Assembly: GCA_016193335.1 (NCBI GenBank) | Contig: JACPSK010000001.1 | Location: 422,962-486,961, forward strand | Length of the DNA stretch: 64,000 bases | Source: Candidatus Magasanikiibacteriota bacterium | Lineage (GTDB): Bacteria; Patescibacteriota; Patescibacteriia; Magasanikbacterales; UBA922 | Reading direction: 5' to 3' | Shown here: one piece after another, positions 1-10,507 of the stretch | Numbering within the stretch: the first letter of the stretch is position 1 | How the letters are laid out: every line of letters begins with the position of its first letter | Translations under genes and position numbers: made by a program | Notes under the pieces: generated by a model | The model's database searches: none | What the model was told of the DNA's origin: nothing | Seen by the model: only the letters and a program-made list of their open reading frames with translations

Positions 1-1975
1 AAACCGCGGACAGCTCGGACAATATCCAACGATCGGCCAAAGTCCAGGGCTCAGGTTTTGTTAGATTTTGTACCGGTTCTTCCATGTTCAAAAGCATGAA
101 ACGGGAAATATTCCACAATTTATTGGTAAAATTCCGGAATCCGGCAATTTTTTCCTCTGACAGGCGGGAATCCACTCCCGGGCTTGACCCAATAAGCAAA
201 GATAAACGAGTCGCGTCTGTGCCATATCTTTCGCACATATCCAAAGGATCAATGATATTGTCCAAAGATTTGCTCATTTTTCTGCCTTCGGCGTCGCGGA
301 CCAAGCCATGGAGATAGACTGTCTTAAACGGAATTTCTCCCAACAAAAAACCGCTCATAAGAATCATGCGAGCCACCCAGAAAAAAAGAATATCATAGCC
401 TGTTTCAAGTACGCTCGTGGGATGGTAATTCGCCAGATCATTCTGAGGTCCAGGCTCGCCCGCCTTGGGATTCACAAAATCAGGCCAGCCAAGAGGAGAA
501 AAACTAAAAAGTCCGGCGCTAAACCAGGTATCCAAGGTGTCTGGATCTTGCCCTAACTTCGCTGTGCCGCAATGCGGGCAGTTCTTTGGATCTTCAATGG
601 AGACAATCGGCTCTTTGCATTCCGGTTTGCATGCTCCCTCCCCCGCGCAGTACCAAGCCGGCACTTGATGCCCAAACCAAATCTGTCGTGAAATGCACCA
701 GTCTTCTAAATGTTCGATCCAATGAAAATATGTTTTTTCAAATCGCTCGGGCACTATATCCACTTGTTTTGATCGGACAACATGAAGCATCAATTCTTTG
801 AGAGAGGTTTCTTGGCCCGCGGCGATACCATTGATGTGAGAATGAGACATTTTGAATTTTTTATCCACATCCACCCACCATTGTTTCATGATCTGCGGCT
901 CAATTTGGCCGCCGCCGCGGCTGTTCACGGCAAGAGAATGTTCATACGTTTCGTCAACGCGGGTGAGCAGACCTTTGTGTTTTAATTTTTCCACGATCTT
1001 AGGCCTGGCTTCTAAAATATTCATTCCCGCAAATTCACCGGCCACAGACAATAATCTCCCCTCCAAGTCTATAATCTGTTGTTTGTCCAGACCATGGCGT
1101 TCGGCTATAAAAAAATCATTGTTGTCATGCCAAGGAGTAATGGTCATTACGCCACTGCCAAATTCAGGATCCACGGCTTCGTCTTTTATAACTGTAGCAA
1201 TAATAGGCCCGTTGATCCATTCACATTCAAAGGTGTCCCCTTGTTTATATTGTTTATAGCGCTCGTCATCAGGATGCATAACCACGTATTTGTCTCCGAA
1301 TTTCGTTTCCGGGCGCGCTGTTCCAATTTCAAAAGGACCATACTGAAAATAATAAAAGGGCGCTTTTTCTTCTTTTCGAAAAACTTCTATATCCGAAACA
1401 TTGGATTGCATCTTCGGATCCCAATTCACGATACGGTCGCCCCTATAAATGAGCCCCTCATCATACATGCGCTTAAATGCAGTCCTCACCGCCCGGTTTC
1501 GTTTTTCATCCAAAGAATAATACTCCCGGCTCCAATCCATGGACGTGCCCATTCGTTTGGCTTGATTTACGATGGTATCGTGCGAATTCCGCGCGTAATT
1601 TCGAACCCTCTCCAAAAATGCTTCACGACCCAGATCATGGCGGGTGCGCTTCTCTTCGTTCCACATAATTTTTTCCACCTTCTCTTGAGTAGCGATGGCC
1701 GCGTGGTCTGTGCCAGGAACCCAGAGCGTGCGGTCACCCTTCATCCGGTGATAACGTATCATCACATCTTCTATGGCAAGCATCACCGCGTGGCCTATAT
1801 GAAGCGTGCCCGTAACATTCGGCGGAGGCAAAACAATGGAAAAAGCGGGCGCGTCCTCTTTTGAAATGCCCTGCTTTACGCAAAAATCCGGATCAAAAAA
1901 TCCACTGTCTTCCCAGCGTTTGTATATATTATTTTCGTATCTTTCGGCTTCGTAGGCTTTGGGCAATTCCTTCAT
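1..1975 (-). CDS. valS: valine--tRNA ligase (5' part; runs off window start)
   Basis: Manual minus-strand translation from ATG at 1975: MKELPKAYEAE..., PPNVTGTLHIGH (HIGH motif), KMSKS near 270. Missing from the ORF track because it has no stop inside the window. Confidence 0.95.
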   Translation of the reverse strand, partial: MKELPKAYEAERYENNIYKRWEDSGFFDPDFCVKQGISKEDAPAFSIVLPPPNVTGTLHIGHAVMLAIEDVMIRYHRMKGDRTLWVPGTDHAAIATQEKVEKIMWNEEKRTRHDLGREAFLERVRNYARNSHDTIVNQAKRMGTSMDWSREYYSLDEKRNRAVRTAFKRMYDEGLIYRGDRIVNWDPKMQSNVSDIEVFRKEEKAPFYYFQYGPFEIGTARPETKFGDKYVVMHPDDERYKQYKQGDTFECEWINGPIIATVIKDEAVDPEFGSGVMTITPWHDNNDFFIAERHGLDKQQIIDLEGRLLSVAGEFAGMNILEARPKIVEKLKHKGLLTRVDETYEHSLAVNSRGGGQIEPQIMKQWWVDVDKKFKMSHSHINGIAAGQETSLKELMLHVVRSKQVDIVPERFEKTYFHWIEHLEDWCISRQIWFGHQVPAWYCAGEGACKPECKEPIVSIEDPKNCPHCGTAKLGQDPDTLDTWFSAGLFSFSPLGWPDFVNPKAGEPGPQNDLANYHPTSVLETGYDILFFWVARMILMSGFLLGEIPFKTVYLHGLVRDAEGRKMSKSLDNIIDPLDMCERYGTDATRLSLLIGSSPGVDSRLSEEKIAGFRNFTNKLWNISRFMLLNMEEPVQNLTKPEPWTLADRWILSELSAV

Positions 1976-2186
1976 AAAAAAATTCTCTCTCCTGCAAGAA
2001 CCGCAAGATGCTAAAGTTCCTGTATTGTAATTAGAGAAAGACAAAAAATCAAGCGTGGACTAAAAAAATAGGCATTTTTGTCCCCCGGACAAGGCTCCTC
2101 ATCCATAGCTCTTTTTCCTGTTGACAAAGCGAAAAAACACTGCTACACTGAGCAACTATTTAAAAAATAGCAGACTTGTCTTTTTT

Positions 2187-3341
2187 ATGTCACTCCACAT
2201 ATACGAGCAGATACAAAAACAAATTGAGGGTAAAAAACATATTTTGATATGTTTTGACAAGAACAGCAAAGGCGACGCAATCGGAAGCGCCGCGGCTTTT
2301 GCGTCTTTTCTAAAACAAAAAAGCCAACGCTTTGATATTGTTTCGGCCGACTTTGCCTTGCCCAAAGAATACGAATTTTTAAAAGAGACCAAAAACATAC
2401 AAAACGCCCTAAGCAAAGCCAGAAAATGTATACTTTCCATTGACATAAAAAACACGGGCCTCAAAGAACTGAGCTATGATCTCTTGGAAAATAAACTCCG
2501 CATTTTTATTACTCCAAAGCAAGGCTCCATACATAAAGAACAGATCAGCACCGCGCAATCCGAATATGTATATGATCTCATCATTGTCCTCGACACCCCG
2601 GATCTTCTCTCGCTCGGGACGCTATACACGAACAATACCGATTTGTTTGATCGCACTCCCATCATCAATATAGATCACAAACAGTCCAACGAACATTTCG
2701 GCCACATCAATCTCGTGGACATAACCGCGAGCAGCACTGCCGAAATTGTGTTTGCCCTCCTTGGCCGCGTCAATGGAGAATACATAAACGCGGAAACGGC
2801 CACCGCCCTCCTCACCGGCATGATCGGGGGCACAAACAGTTTTAAGGCAGAAAATGTAAAAACCCAGGCCCTTTCAGCCGCAAGCGAACTGGTGCGTTTG
2901 GGAGCGGACAGAAACTATATCATCAAAAATTTGTACCGAACCAAATCCATAGCCACCTTCAAACTCTGGGGCTCGGTTTTGTCTCACCTGGAATACGACA
3001 AAAATGCAGGCCTTGTCTGGTCTCTCATCACCAGAGAAGACTTCGCGCGTTCCGGAGCTCAAGAATCGGATCTGCACGCCATCATCAAAGAGCTTATTTC
3101 AAACGCCCCTGAAGCAAAAGTAATCCTGCTTCTCCACGAACATCCGGGAAGCGCAGATGCAGGAGCGATACACGGCATCGTGGAAAGCAACGGATCTGCC
3201 GATGCTCTGGAACTTAGCAAACGCTACAAAGGATCAGGCTCTCGCCAAAGCGCTTCTTTCACTATCGAAGAAGGAAAAAACCTCAAAGAAACGGCGGACG
3301 AAGTCCTGGATTATATCCGATCCTTACTGAAAATGAGATAA
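2187..3341 (+). CDS. DHH family phosphoesterase (NrnA-like)
   Basis: GDAIGS, IIVLD and INIDHK motifs. Start moved to ATG 2187 because the track start 2121 is the -35 box of its promoter (TTGACA-17-TACACT). Confidence 0.85.
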   Translation: MSLHIYEQIQKQIEGKKHILICFDKNSKGDAIGSAAAFASFLKQKSQRFDIVSADFALPKEYEFLKETKNIQNALSKARKCILSIDIKNTGLKELSYDLLENKLRIFITPKQGSIHKEQISTAQSEYVYDLIIVLDTPDLLSLGTLYTNNTDLFDRTPIINIDHKQSNEHFGHINLVDITASSTAEIVFALLGRVNGEYINAETATALLTGMIGGTNSFKAENVKTQALSAASELVRLGADRNYIIKNLYRTKSIATFKLWGSVLSHLEYDKNAGLVWSLITREDFARSGAQESDLHAIIKELISNAPEAKVILLLHEHPGSADAGAIHGIVESNGSADALELSKRYKGSGSRQSASFTIEEGKNLKETADEVLDYIRSLLKMR

Positions 3342-3351
3342 ACTCATAAGG

Positions 3352-3519
3352 AATTTTAATTTCTAATTTTTAATTTTTAGTTTTTAAACAATTTTTGATG
3401 GCTTATTTTTAATTATCTAAACGAAATACCGCTATCTGAAAGATACCTTCGCAGACTTGATCATTAGAAATTAAGAGAATAGAAATTCATTAAAAATCAT
3501 AAATTTTAAATTAAAAATT
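3352..3519. repeat. dispersed AT-rich heptamer-flanked repeat, copy A
   Basis: Core 3419-3487 matches the reverse complement of 9178-9248 and, more loosely, 11627-11694. Confidence 0.8.
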
Positions 3520-3520
3520 G

Positions 3521-5098
3521 TTAAATCAAAGGTCTTCCGGTCATCTCTTTGGGCGCTTTTACTCCCAAAATAGAAAGCACAGTCGGGGCCACATCCGCGA
3601 GCATGCCCACCGGATGAAGCAAACTCAAATCTCCGTTCGGCGGATCTCCGGCAGGGCCGCTCTGTCCATGATAGGCAGAACCGACAATGAGGAGAGGCAC
3701 CGGATTGGTGCTGTGTTCTTTATCTTTCTCACCGGTTTGCAAATTGATTACTTCTTCCGCGTTTCCATGATCGGCCGTAATGATGAGCACACCACCCTTG
3801 GCCAAAATTTGTTCGGCAATCTGTCCCAGGGCCTTGTCAACGGCCTCGCATCCTTTAATGGTCGCGGCGAGATTTCCTGTATGGCCCACCATATCCGCGT
3901 TCGCGAAATTAAGCATAATCAGATCATAAGAATCTGAATCTATGGCTTTGAGTACCTGCTTGGCGATTTTCAAAGCCGACATTTCCGGTTCTTTGTCATA
4001 AGAAGATACTTTCGGAGAAGGAATAATTTTACGATCCTCACCTGGGAAAGGATCCTCAATCGTGCCATTTATGAAAAAGGTAATGTGCGCGTACTTTTCT
4101 GTTTCAGCTATATGAAATTGTTTCAAACCTTTTTTACTTATCACTTCGGCGAGACAATTCGTTACCACCACTGGCGGATATGCCACCAAAACCGGTATGT
4201 CTTTTTCGTATTCTGCCATGGTCACAAACAAAAAATCTTTTATGGTTTCCCTGTGAAATTTGGCAAAGCTCGGCAGGGCGAATGCCTCAGTAAGCTGGCG
4301 GGCTCGGTCTGGTCTGAAATTAAAAAAAATCGCCGCGTCGCCTTTTTCAATCCTCGCCACCGGCTCATCCGCTTTGCCCATGACAACCGGCACGAACTCT
4401 TCATCAAAAATTCCCTTGTCATAAGAAGCCTTTACCGCGTCTTCAGGGTCTTTGTAATATTCGTCAGAGATTCCTTCGGCCATGGCCCGATAGGCCTTTT
4501 CAATTCTATCCCAACGGTTATCTCTGTCCATGGCCCAGTATCTTCCTGAGACAGAAGCAATCTCGCCTACTTTTATTTTTTTCATTACTTTTTGAAGAGC
4601 TTTCACAAAATCAATTGCGCTCTTTTCTTGAGTGTCGCGACCGTCGAGTATGGCGTGGACAAAAACTTTTTTTATTTTCTGTTTTTTGGCAAATTCCAAA
4701 AGAGCGTATAGGTGATCTTGGGCAGCGTGCACATTCCCCGGACTCAGCAAACCTATAAAGTGTAACCGCGTTTTTTGTTCTCTTACATGTTCAGCAGCTC
4801 TTAAAAAATTTTCATTTGAAAAAAAAGATTTATCCGCGATGCTCTTATTTATTCTGGGAAAAGTTTGATAATACACGCGACCCGCGCCAATGTTCAGATG
4901 TCCGACTTCCGAGTTGCCCATTTCACCGAAAGAAAGCCCTACTTCATTTCCAGACGCGTAAAGAGTCATGGCCGGATATTCTGCCATAAATTTATCCACG
5001 TTGGGCGTGTTGGCTCTCGCGATTGCGTTGCCTTCATGATCAGGCGCTATGCCCCAACCGTCAAGAACCGCGAGAACCACTGGTTTAGGATGGTCCAT
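3521..5098 (-). CDS. gpmI: 2,3-bisphosphoglycerate-independent phosphoglycerate mutase, copy 1
   Basis: LDGWG, MGNSEVGH, GRYWAMDRD, ETEKYAH, DMVGHTG and ADHGNAE motifs. Confidence 0.95.
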   Translation of the reverse strand: MDHPKPVVLAVLDGWGIAPDHEGNAIARANTPNVDKFMAEYPAMTLYASGNEVGLSFGEMGNSEVGHLNIGAGRVYYQTFPRINKSIADKSFFSNENFLRAAEHVREQKTRLHFIGLLSPGNVHAAQDHLYALLEFAKKQKIKKVFVHAILDGRDTQEKSAIDFVKALQKVMKKIKVGEIASVSGRYWAMDRDNRWDRIEKAYRAMAEGISDEYYKDPEDAVKASYDKGIFDEEFVPVVMGKADEPVARIEKGDAAIFFNFRPDRARQLTEAFALPSFAKFHRETIKDFLFVTMAEYEKDIPVLVAYPPVVVTNCLAEVISKKGLKQFHIAETEKYAHITFFINGTIEDPFPGEDRKIIPSPKVSSYDKEPEMSALKIAKQVLKAIDSDSYDLIMLNFANADMVGHTGNLAATIKGCEAVDKALGQIAEQILAKGGVLIITADHGNAEEVINLQTGEKDKEHSTNPVPLLIVGSAYHGQSGPAGDPPNGDLSLLHPVGMLADVAPTVLSILGVKAPKEMTGRPLI

Positions 5099-5198
5099 AG
5101 AAAAAACATCTTGAAAAATCAATTCCTTCTCAATAGATTTTTGAAATTTTAACTTTCAATTTATAAATTTTTAAACAATCTTAGAGAATGATCCTCGC

Positions 5199-6797
5199 TC
5201 AATATCTGCCCAAGAGAGAGGCGCCGGTCATTTCTTTCGGCTTTTTTATGTTCATCAATTGTAGCAATGTAGGAGCCACATCGGCAAGCCTCCCGGTCCT
5301 TTTGCGGCAGCGCCTGCCTTTGAGATCCTGCCTAACCACTACAAAAGGTACCATATTGGCGGTATGCTCAGTTAAAGCTTCCCCGCTTTTTTCGTCAAGC
5401 ATGGTTTCCGCGTTTCCATGATCCGCCGTGATTATCACCTGTCCATATCTTTTCAAAACCGCCTGTACCAACCGATGGACTTGTTTATCAAGAAGCCGTA
5501 TGGCTCTCTGAGCCGCCTGGATATTCCCCGTATGACCAAGCATATCGGCATTAGGAAAATTTACAGCCACAAAATCATATTCCTTTTTTCGTATGTGCTC
5601 AAGTATTCGGGACGCCACAGCGCTCGAACGCATGCCCGGATTCTGTATATACGAATATTCATCCCCGGAACGAATGAGCTCCCGTTTTTCTCCATTGATT
5701 GGCTGAGGATAGCCACCATTGATAAAATAAGTAACATGAGCGTATTTTTCTGTCTCAGATATGTACAATTGTCTATAGCTTGAACCTATGGCCTTGGCCA
5801 GGCACTCTGATATATCCGGGCTTGGAAAAGCGGTAAGCATATTGGGAAGATCCGGACCAAAATCCGTCATAGCTACAAAACGTATATCTTTGGGCCAACG
5901 TTTTCTTTTGAATGATCCTGGATTTTTTTTTGCGAAATCAGGCTGGACAAAAGCCTTGGCCAATTGCCGAGCTCTGTCGCTCCTGGCATTGAAAAAAAAC
6001 ACAGCGTCATTGTCTCCTACCGTGGCTATGGGACGCCCGGCTTTGCATATGATACTCGGCTGTATATATTCATCATTTTCACCTCGGTTGTAAGCTTCGG
6101 CTATAGCGTCTTCCGCGCTTCCGTCTTTGAGACCAGAACCCAAAACCATGGCATGGTAAGCCTTCTCGGTCCTCTCCCATAATTTATTCCGATCCATGGC
6201 GTAGAAACGTCCGATGACAGTGGCGATTTTCTCGCCATTCTTCATGCGCGCTCTCAGGTTGCTGAGATATCTAACCGAAGAATGGGGAGAAGAATCTCGT
6301 CCATCAGTAAATAAATGCAAAAAAACTTTTCTATGTTTATTCCTTCTGAAATAATCCAAAAGGGCGTAAAGATGATCTGGATGAGCATGGGCGCTCTGCC
6401 CATCAGTGAGCAAACCCATAATATGGGCGGCTGTATTGTGTTTTTGTATGTGACACAGAGCTTGGTGAAAAGCTTCATTTTTAAAAAAAGTGCCGTTTTT
6501 GATCGCTTCGGAAATCATCAGCAAATCTTGTTTAAGCACCCGACCGGCGCCGATGTTTAGATGCCCTGCTTCGGAATTTCCGGCTTGCCCGGGAAACAAA
6601 CCGACATCAACTCCGTGCGCCTTAAGACGGGCGCTGGGATAAGAACGCAGATATTCAAATATATGAGGAGCCTGCGCCGGAGTTATGGCGTTTCCTTTAC
6701 GAGTGAAATCGGCCAAGCCGAAGCCATCCAAAATAATAAAAAGAGTGAGCCGCTTTTTATTATCATCACTTATCTTTTTTTTAGTTTTTATTACCAT
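5199..6797 (-). CDS. gpmI: 2,3-bisphosphoglycerate-independent phosphoglycerate mutase, copy 2
   Basis: LDGFG, GNSEAGH, GRFYAMDR, ETEKYAH, DMLGHTG and ADHGNAE motifs. Confidence 0.93.
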   Translation of the reverse strand: MVIKTKKKISDDNKKRLTLFIILDGFGLADFTRKGNAITPAQAPHIFEYLRSYPSARLKAHGVDVGLFPGQAGNSEAGHLNIGAGRVLKQDLLMISEAIKNGTFFKNEAFHQALCHIQKHNTAAHIMGLLTDGQSAHAHPDHLYALLDYFRRNKHRKVFLHLFTDGRDSSPHSSVRYLSNLRARMKNGEKIATVIGRFYAMDRNKLWERTEKAYHAMVLGSGLKDGSAEDAIAEAYNRGENDEYIQPSIICKAGRPIATVGDNDAVFFFNARSDRARQLAKAFVQPDFAKKNPGSFKRKRWPKDIRFVAMTDFGPDLPNMLTAFPSPDISECLAKAIGSSYRQLYISETEKYAHVTYFINGGYPQPINGEKRELIRSGDEYSYIQNPGMRSSAVASRILEHIRKKEYDFVAVNFPNADMLGHTGNIQAAQRAIRLLDKQVHRLVQAVLKRYGQVIITADHGNAETMLDEKSGEALTEHTANMVPFVVVRQDLKGRRCRKRTGRLADVAPTLLQLMNIKKPKEMTGASLLGRY

Positions 6798-6855
6798 ACA
6801 GACTATACAAGCGGGTTGCCCCGCTTTATATTATATCTTTTCCCGAATAGAATTT

Positions 6856-8112
6856 CTAAAATCCCAATTCATCCTCTATTTCCATCAGCCTATTATACTT
6901 TTCCACCCGCTCTGATCTCGAGAGCGAACCTGTTTTGATGAATTCGGCGTTCACGGCAACGGAAAGATCTGATATAAAGGTATCTGAAGTTTCTCCCGAA
7001 CGATGAGAGACTGAAATCGCGTATTTATGTTTCTGCGCCAGAGAAATCGCGTCAATCGTTTCGCTGAGTGAGCCTATTTGATTTACTTTTATAAGCACCG
7101 CGGTCGCCACATTCATTTCTATCGCTTTTTTGATGCGCTCGGTATTGGTAACGAGGAGGTCGTCACCAACGATGTGAATTTTCCCTTTAACCTGCTTGGT
7201 ACATTTCTGCCAAGCTTCCCAATCGTCTTCATCGAGCGGATCCTCGACAGAAATAATCGGATATTTTTTTATCCAAGTTTCTAGTATTGAAATGATATGG
7301 TCTGAATCGATAGCGGATTTCGCGTCGGCAAAATAATATTTCCCTTTGCGATGAAATTCACTCGCGGCCCAATCCATGGCTATCATTACTTGTTTCCCCG
7401 GCGCGTAGTCCGCTTTTCTTATCGCTTGGACAATATAACGCAGAGCTTGTTCATTATTTGTCAATTCAGGCGCAAATCCTCCCTCATCCCCCACGCCGGT
7501 CGCGAATCCTTTTGAGCGCAAAATACGGTGGAGAGCTTGGAACACCTCGGCCCCCATACGCACACGCTCAGAAAACCGGCGATTGATCGGCACAATCATG
7601 AATTCCTGAATCGAAAGCCCATTGTCCGCGTGCCGTCCGCCGTTCAAAATGTTCATGGTCGGGACCGGCATACGCCAACTCTTATACGAAAGGCCGAATG
7701 TTTGGCGAATGTGTTTGTACAAAGGCTGGCCTTTGCTCTCTGCGGCCGCTCTCGCGCAAGCAAGTGAAACGGACAAAATGGCGTTAGCGCCAAGTTTGCT
7801 TTTGTTTGGCGTTCCATCGAGCGCAAGCATGACCTTATCTATATCGCGCTGTTTTGAAGCGTCCACCCCCGCGAGCGCTTTCCTTATAAGGGTGTTTACA
7901 TTTTTTACGGCTTTCAAAACTCCCTTGCCATTGTAACGTCTCGCGCCGTCTCTCAGTTCTAAAGCTTCGTGCGTACCCGTAGAAGCTCCGCTCGGCACCG
8001 CCGCCTCCGCTTTACTGCCGTCCTGAAGGATAACCCATGTCCTCAGGCTGGGGTTGCCTCGTGAATCCAAAATTTCTCTGGCTATTATCTGTTTTATGCT
8101 TTGTGCAACCAT
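6856..8112 (-). CDS. eno: enolase
   Basis: EILDSRGNP, VPSGASTG, GDEGGFAP, SHRSGET and KTGSLSRSER. Confidence 0.97.
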   Translation of the reverse strand: MVAQSIKQIIAREILDSRGNPSLRTWVILQDGSKAEAAVPSGASTGTHEALELRDGARRYNGKGVLKAVKNVNTLIRKALAGVDASKQRDIDKVMLALDGTPNKSKLGANAILSVSLACARAAAESKGQPLYKHIRQTFGLSYKSWRMPVPTMNILNGGRHADNGLSIQEFMIVPINRRFSERVRMGAEVFQALHRILRSKGFATGVGDEGGFAPELTNNEQALRYIVQAIRKADYAPGKQVMIAMDWAASEFHRKGKYYFADAKSAIDSDHIISILETWIKKYPIISVEDPLDEDDWEAWQKCTKQVKGKIHIVGDDLLVTNTERIKKAIEMNVATAVLIKVNQIGSLSETIDAISLAQKHKYAISVSHRSGETSDTFISDLSVAVNAEFIKTGSLSRSERVEKYNRLMEIEDELGF

Positions 8113-8132
8113 AGCTTCGAAAGTTCAAACAT

Positions 8133-8981
8133 TTACTGTATTTCCAACACCACGTTCACGTTCATGCGAATTTCCATACTTCCGGAAGACACCTCCGGCG
8201 CGGCTCCTCCGCCCATTCCGGATTCCATTGAGTACAGTCTCCCATCAAGGTTTCCGGGAGACACTTCAAATTCGCTATAAGAAGCAAGGCCCAAAACTCT
8301 TACTCCAAGAGATTGAGTAAGGCCGAGCGTTTTTTCTTTTATGCGCTCCAGAGCTTTTCTACGCGCTTCTGCCACATACACTTCTTTATCATCTATAGTA
8401 AAATTCAATCCGCTTACACTGTTTGCCCCCACTTCGCCTGCCAAATTCAAAACAGCGCTTGCGTTTTCAAGATTACGAATTTTAATTTCCAATTGTTGAT
8501 TCACTTCATAACCTTTCAAAACTCTACCTTCCTTTTCCGTATAATCGTACATGGGATAAATATTATAAGCCACGGTCCTCATGTCTTTGGATTCCACCCC
8601 AAAGGCCTGCAATCTTTCTGTCAGCTTGTTCATCACCTCTGTGTTTTTTTGTTGTGATTCCGCCACTGTCTTCCCCTCTGAAATCATGCCTATAGTTGTG
8701 ACAGCGATATCCGGCCTGGCTGTAGCCGCTCCTTCGGCTTCTATGTTTATAGTCCGTTGAAGATGCTCGGCTTCCCCGATGGCCTCGTAGGTTTTGAGAT
8801 TATTTCTAATGATAGTGGCAACCCAAACGATAATATACACAAGGAGAATTCCGAGAAGTGTTACAAGCATCTTTTGAACAAAATGATTTGACCAGCAAGA
8901 AGAGGATGTCGCGCTTGGATGGCAGAGTCCACTGTTTCCACAGCAGTCTCCTTTTTTGTTTGAACTTTTTTTGACAGGCAT
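8133..8981 (-). CDS. SIMPL (DUF541) domain membrane-anchored protein
   Basis: N-terminal TM helix followed by typical SIMPL segments (RTINIEAEG..ARPDIA, YNIYPMYDY, GYEVNQQLEIKIR). Confidence 0.8.
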   Translation of the reverse strand: MPVKKSSNKKGDCCGNSGLCHPSATSSSCWSNHFVQKMLVTLLGILLVYIIVWVATIIRNNLKTYEAIGEAEHLQRTINIEAEGAATARPDIAVTTIGMISEGKTVAESQQKNTEVMNKLTERLQAFGVESKDMRTVAYNIYPMYDYTEKEGRVLKGYEVNQQLEIKIRNLENASAVLNLAGEVGANSVSGLNFTIDDKEVYVAEARRKALERIKEKTLGLTQSLGVRVLGLASYSEFEVSPGNLDGRLYSMESGMGGGAAPEVSSGSMEIRMNVNVVLEIQ

Positions 8982-9129
8982 ACAGTGAAAATTTATAATT
9001 TGTAATTTGTAATTTTTAATTTAAATGATAATTTGAAAATCTTTACAGTGGCATTATACCATACAAGAAAAAAACAAGAAATCCATCATTTGTCTCAAAC
9101 ATAATCATACCAATGCGAGAGGAACTAAC

Positions 9130-9294
9130 ATTTTAATTTTTAATTTATAATTTTTATCCAATTTTCAATCTTTAAACAATTTCTATTCTCTTAATTTCTA
9201 ATAGCTGAGTCTGCTATAAGGTATCTTTCAGATAGCGGTATTTCGTTTGGATCATTAGAAATTATGTCATTACAAATTGTTTAAAAATTATAAA
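9130..9294. repeat. dispersed AT-rich heptamer-flanked repeat, copy B
   Basis: Core 9178-9248 is the reverse complement of 3419-3487 with few differences. Confidence 0.8.
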
Positions 9295-10491
9295 TTAACG
9301 CAAAGCTTCAATCCCCGGCAGTTTTTCGCCGGACAAAAACTCAAGCATCGCTCCTCCGCCCGTTGACACCAAATCAATATATTCTGTCATGCCCGCCATA
9401 TCCATACTTTGTAAAGTTTCACCACCGCCTATCACGCCATAGGCTTTACCTTTTGAACGGGAGGCAACGAGACGAGCTACGGCCAAAGTAGCCACATCAT
9501 AAGGCTTTTGTTCAAATACTCCCATGGCGCCGTTCCATACGAGAGTCTTGGCTTGTTTTATATAAGACGCGAAAAGACGAACGGTTTTCGGCCCCATATC
9601 AAAAATCGCTTCATTTTTTTTGCAGATCAGATGCGGCTTTTTCTCAATATCCACCACTCTAAAAGAACTGCCTCGCGGATTTCCCACCACCAGGTCCAGC
9701 GGCTTAATGACTTTTTTATTTTTGCCGTAAAGCATCGCCTTCCGCGCAAGGTCTTTCTGGACCAAAGAAGCTCCCACACCATAGCCGCGGGCGTATAAAT
9801 AGGTGTTTACCAAAGCTCCTCCGAGCAATATATTTGTTACCTGAGGCAAAAGATGTTTGATAACCGGAATTTTGGTCTCAAGTTTGGCTCCGCCCAACAC
9901 AAGCACAAAAGGTCTTTTTGGCCTTTTCATCACTTTTTCCAAGCCTCTTATTTCTTTTTCCAAAAGCAAACCGGCGTAAGACGGGAGAAAACGCGTGATT
10001 CCAAGCACCGAGGCCGCGGGACGATGAGCCACCGCAAAGCCGTCGAGCACAAATATGTCGGCCAGGCTTGCGAACAGCTCTGCCAATGACTTGTCATTTT
10101 TTTCTTCTCCAGAAGAAAAACGCGTATTTTCAAGCATGGCGATTTGAGAATCTTCCAGATGATTTATTTCAAAACGCACTTTATCCGCTCGCTTCTCAGA
10201 CCAGCTCCAATTTCCCGTATTTATATATTTCACGCCCTTGCCGAGCATAATGCCAAAATGTTCGGCCACCGGAGCAGTAGAAAATGATGGCACTATTTTG
10301 CCCCCCGGCCTGCCAATATGAGTAAGCAAAATAATCTTAGCTCCTTTTTCCATTAAATACTGAACTGTGGGTAAAGATGCTTGCAAACGAGAATGATCAA
10401 GCACTCGGTTCTTCAATAGAGGTACGTTAAAATCCACTCTCAGCAAAACGCGCTTTCCCTTCAATTTTTTTAAACTTTTGATGGATTTCAT
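9295..10491 (-). CDS. pgk: phosphoglycerate kinase
   Basis: RVDFNVP, LENTRF, LGGAK and STGGGAMLEFLSG. Confidence 0.96.
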   Translation of the reverse strand: MKSIKSLKKLKGKRVLLRVDFNVPLLKNRVLDHSRLQASLPTVQYLMEKGAKIILLTHIGRPGGKIVPSFSTAPVAEHFGIMLGKGVKYINTGNWSWSEKRADKVRFEINHLEDSQIAMLENTRFSSGEEKNDKSLAELFASLADIFVLDGFAVAHRPAASVLGITRFLPSYAGLLLEKEIRGLEKVMKRPKRPFVLVLGGAKLETKIPVIKHLLPQVTNILLGGALVNTYLYARGYGVGASLVQKDLARKAMLYGKNKKVIKPLDLVVGNPRGSSFRVVDIEKKPHLICKKNEAIFDMGPKTVRLFASYIKQAKTLVWNGAMGVFEQKPYDVATLAVARLVASRSKGKAYGVIGGGETLQSMDMAGMTEYIDLVSTGGGAMLEFLSGEKLPGIEALR

Positions 10492-10507
10492 AGCAGGAGT
10501 CTTTTCT

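Noticed and set aside
84-1864. Plus-strand ORFs in the first 1.9 kb
   Set aside because: They are antisense to valS, which is identified by HIGH and KMSKS motifs.
1976-2120. T-box upstream of valS
   Set aside because: Too short, and it has no TGGNACC antiterminator.
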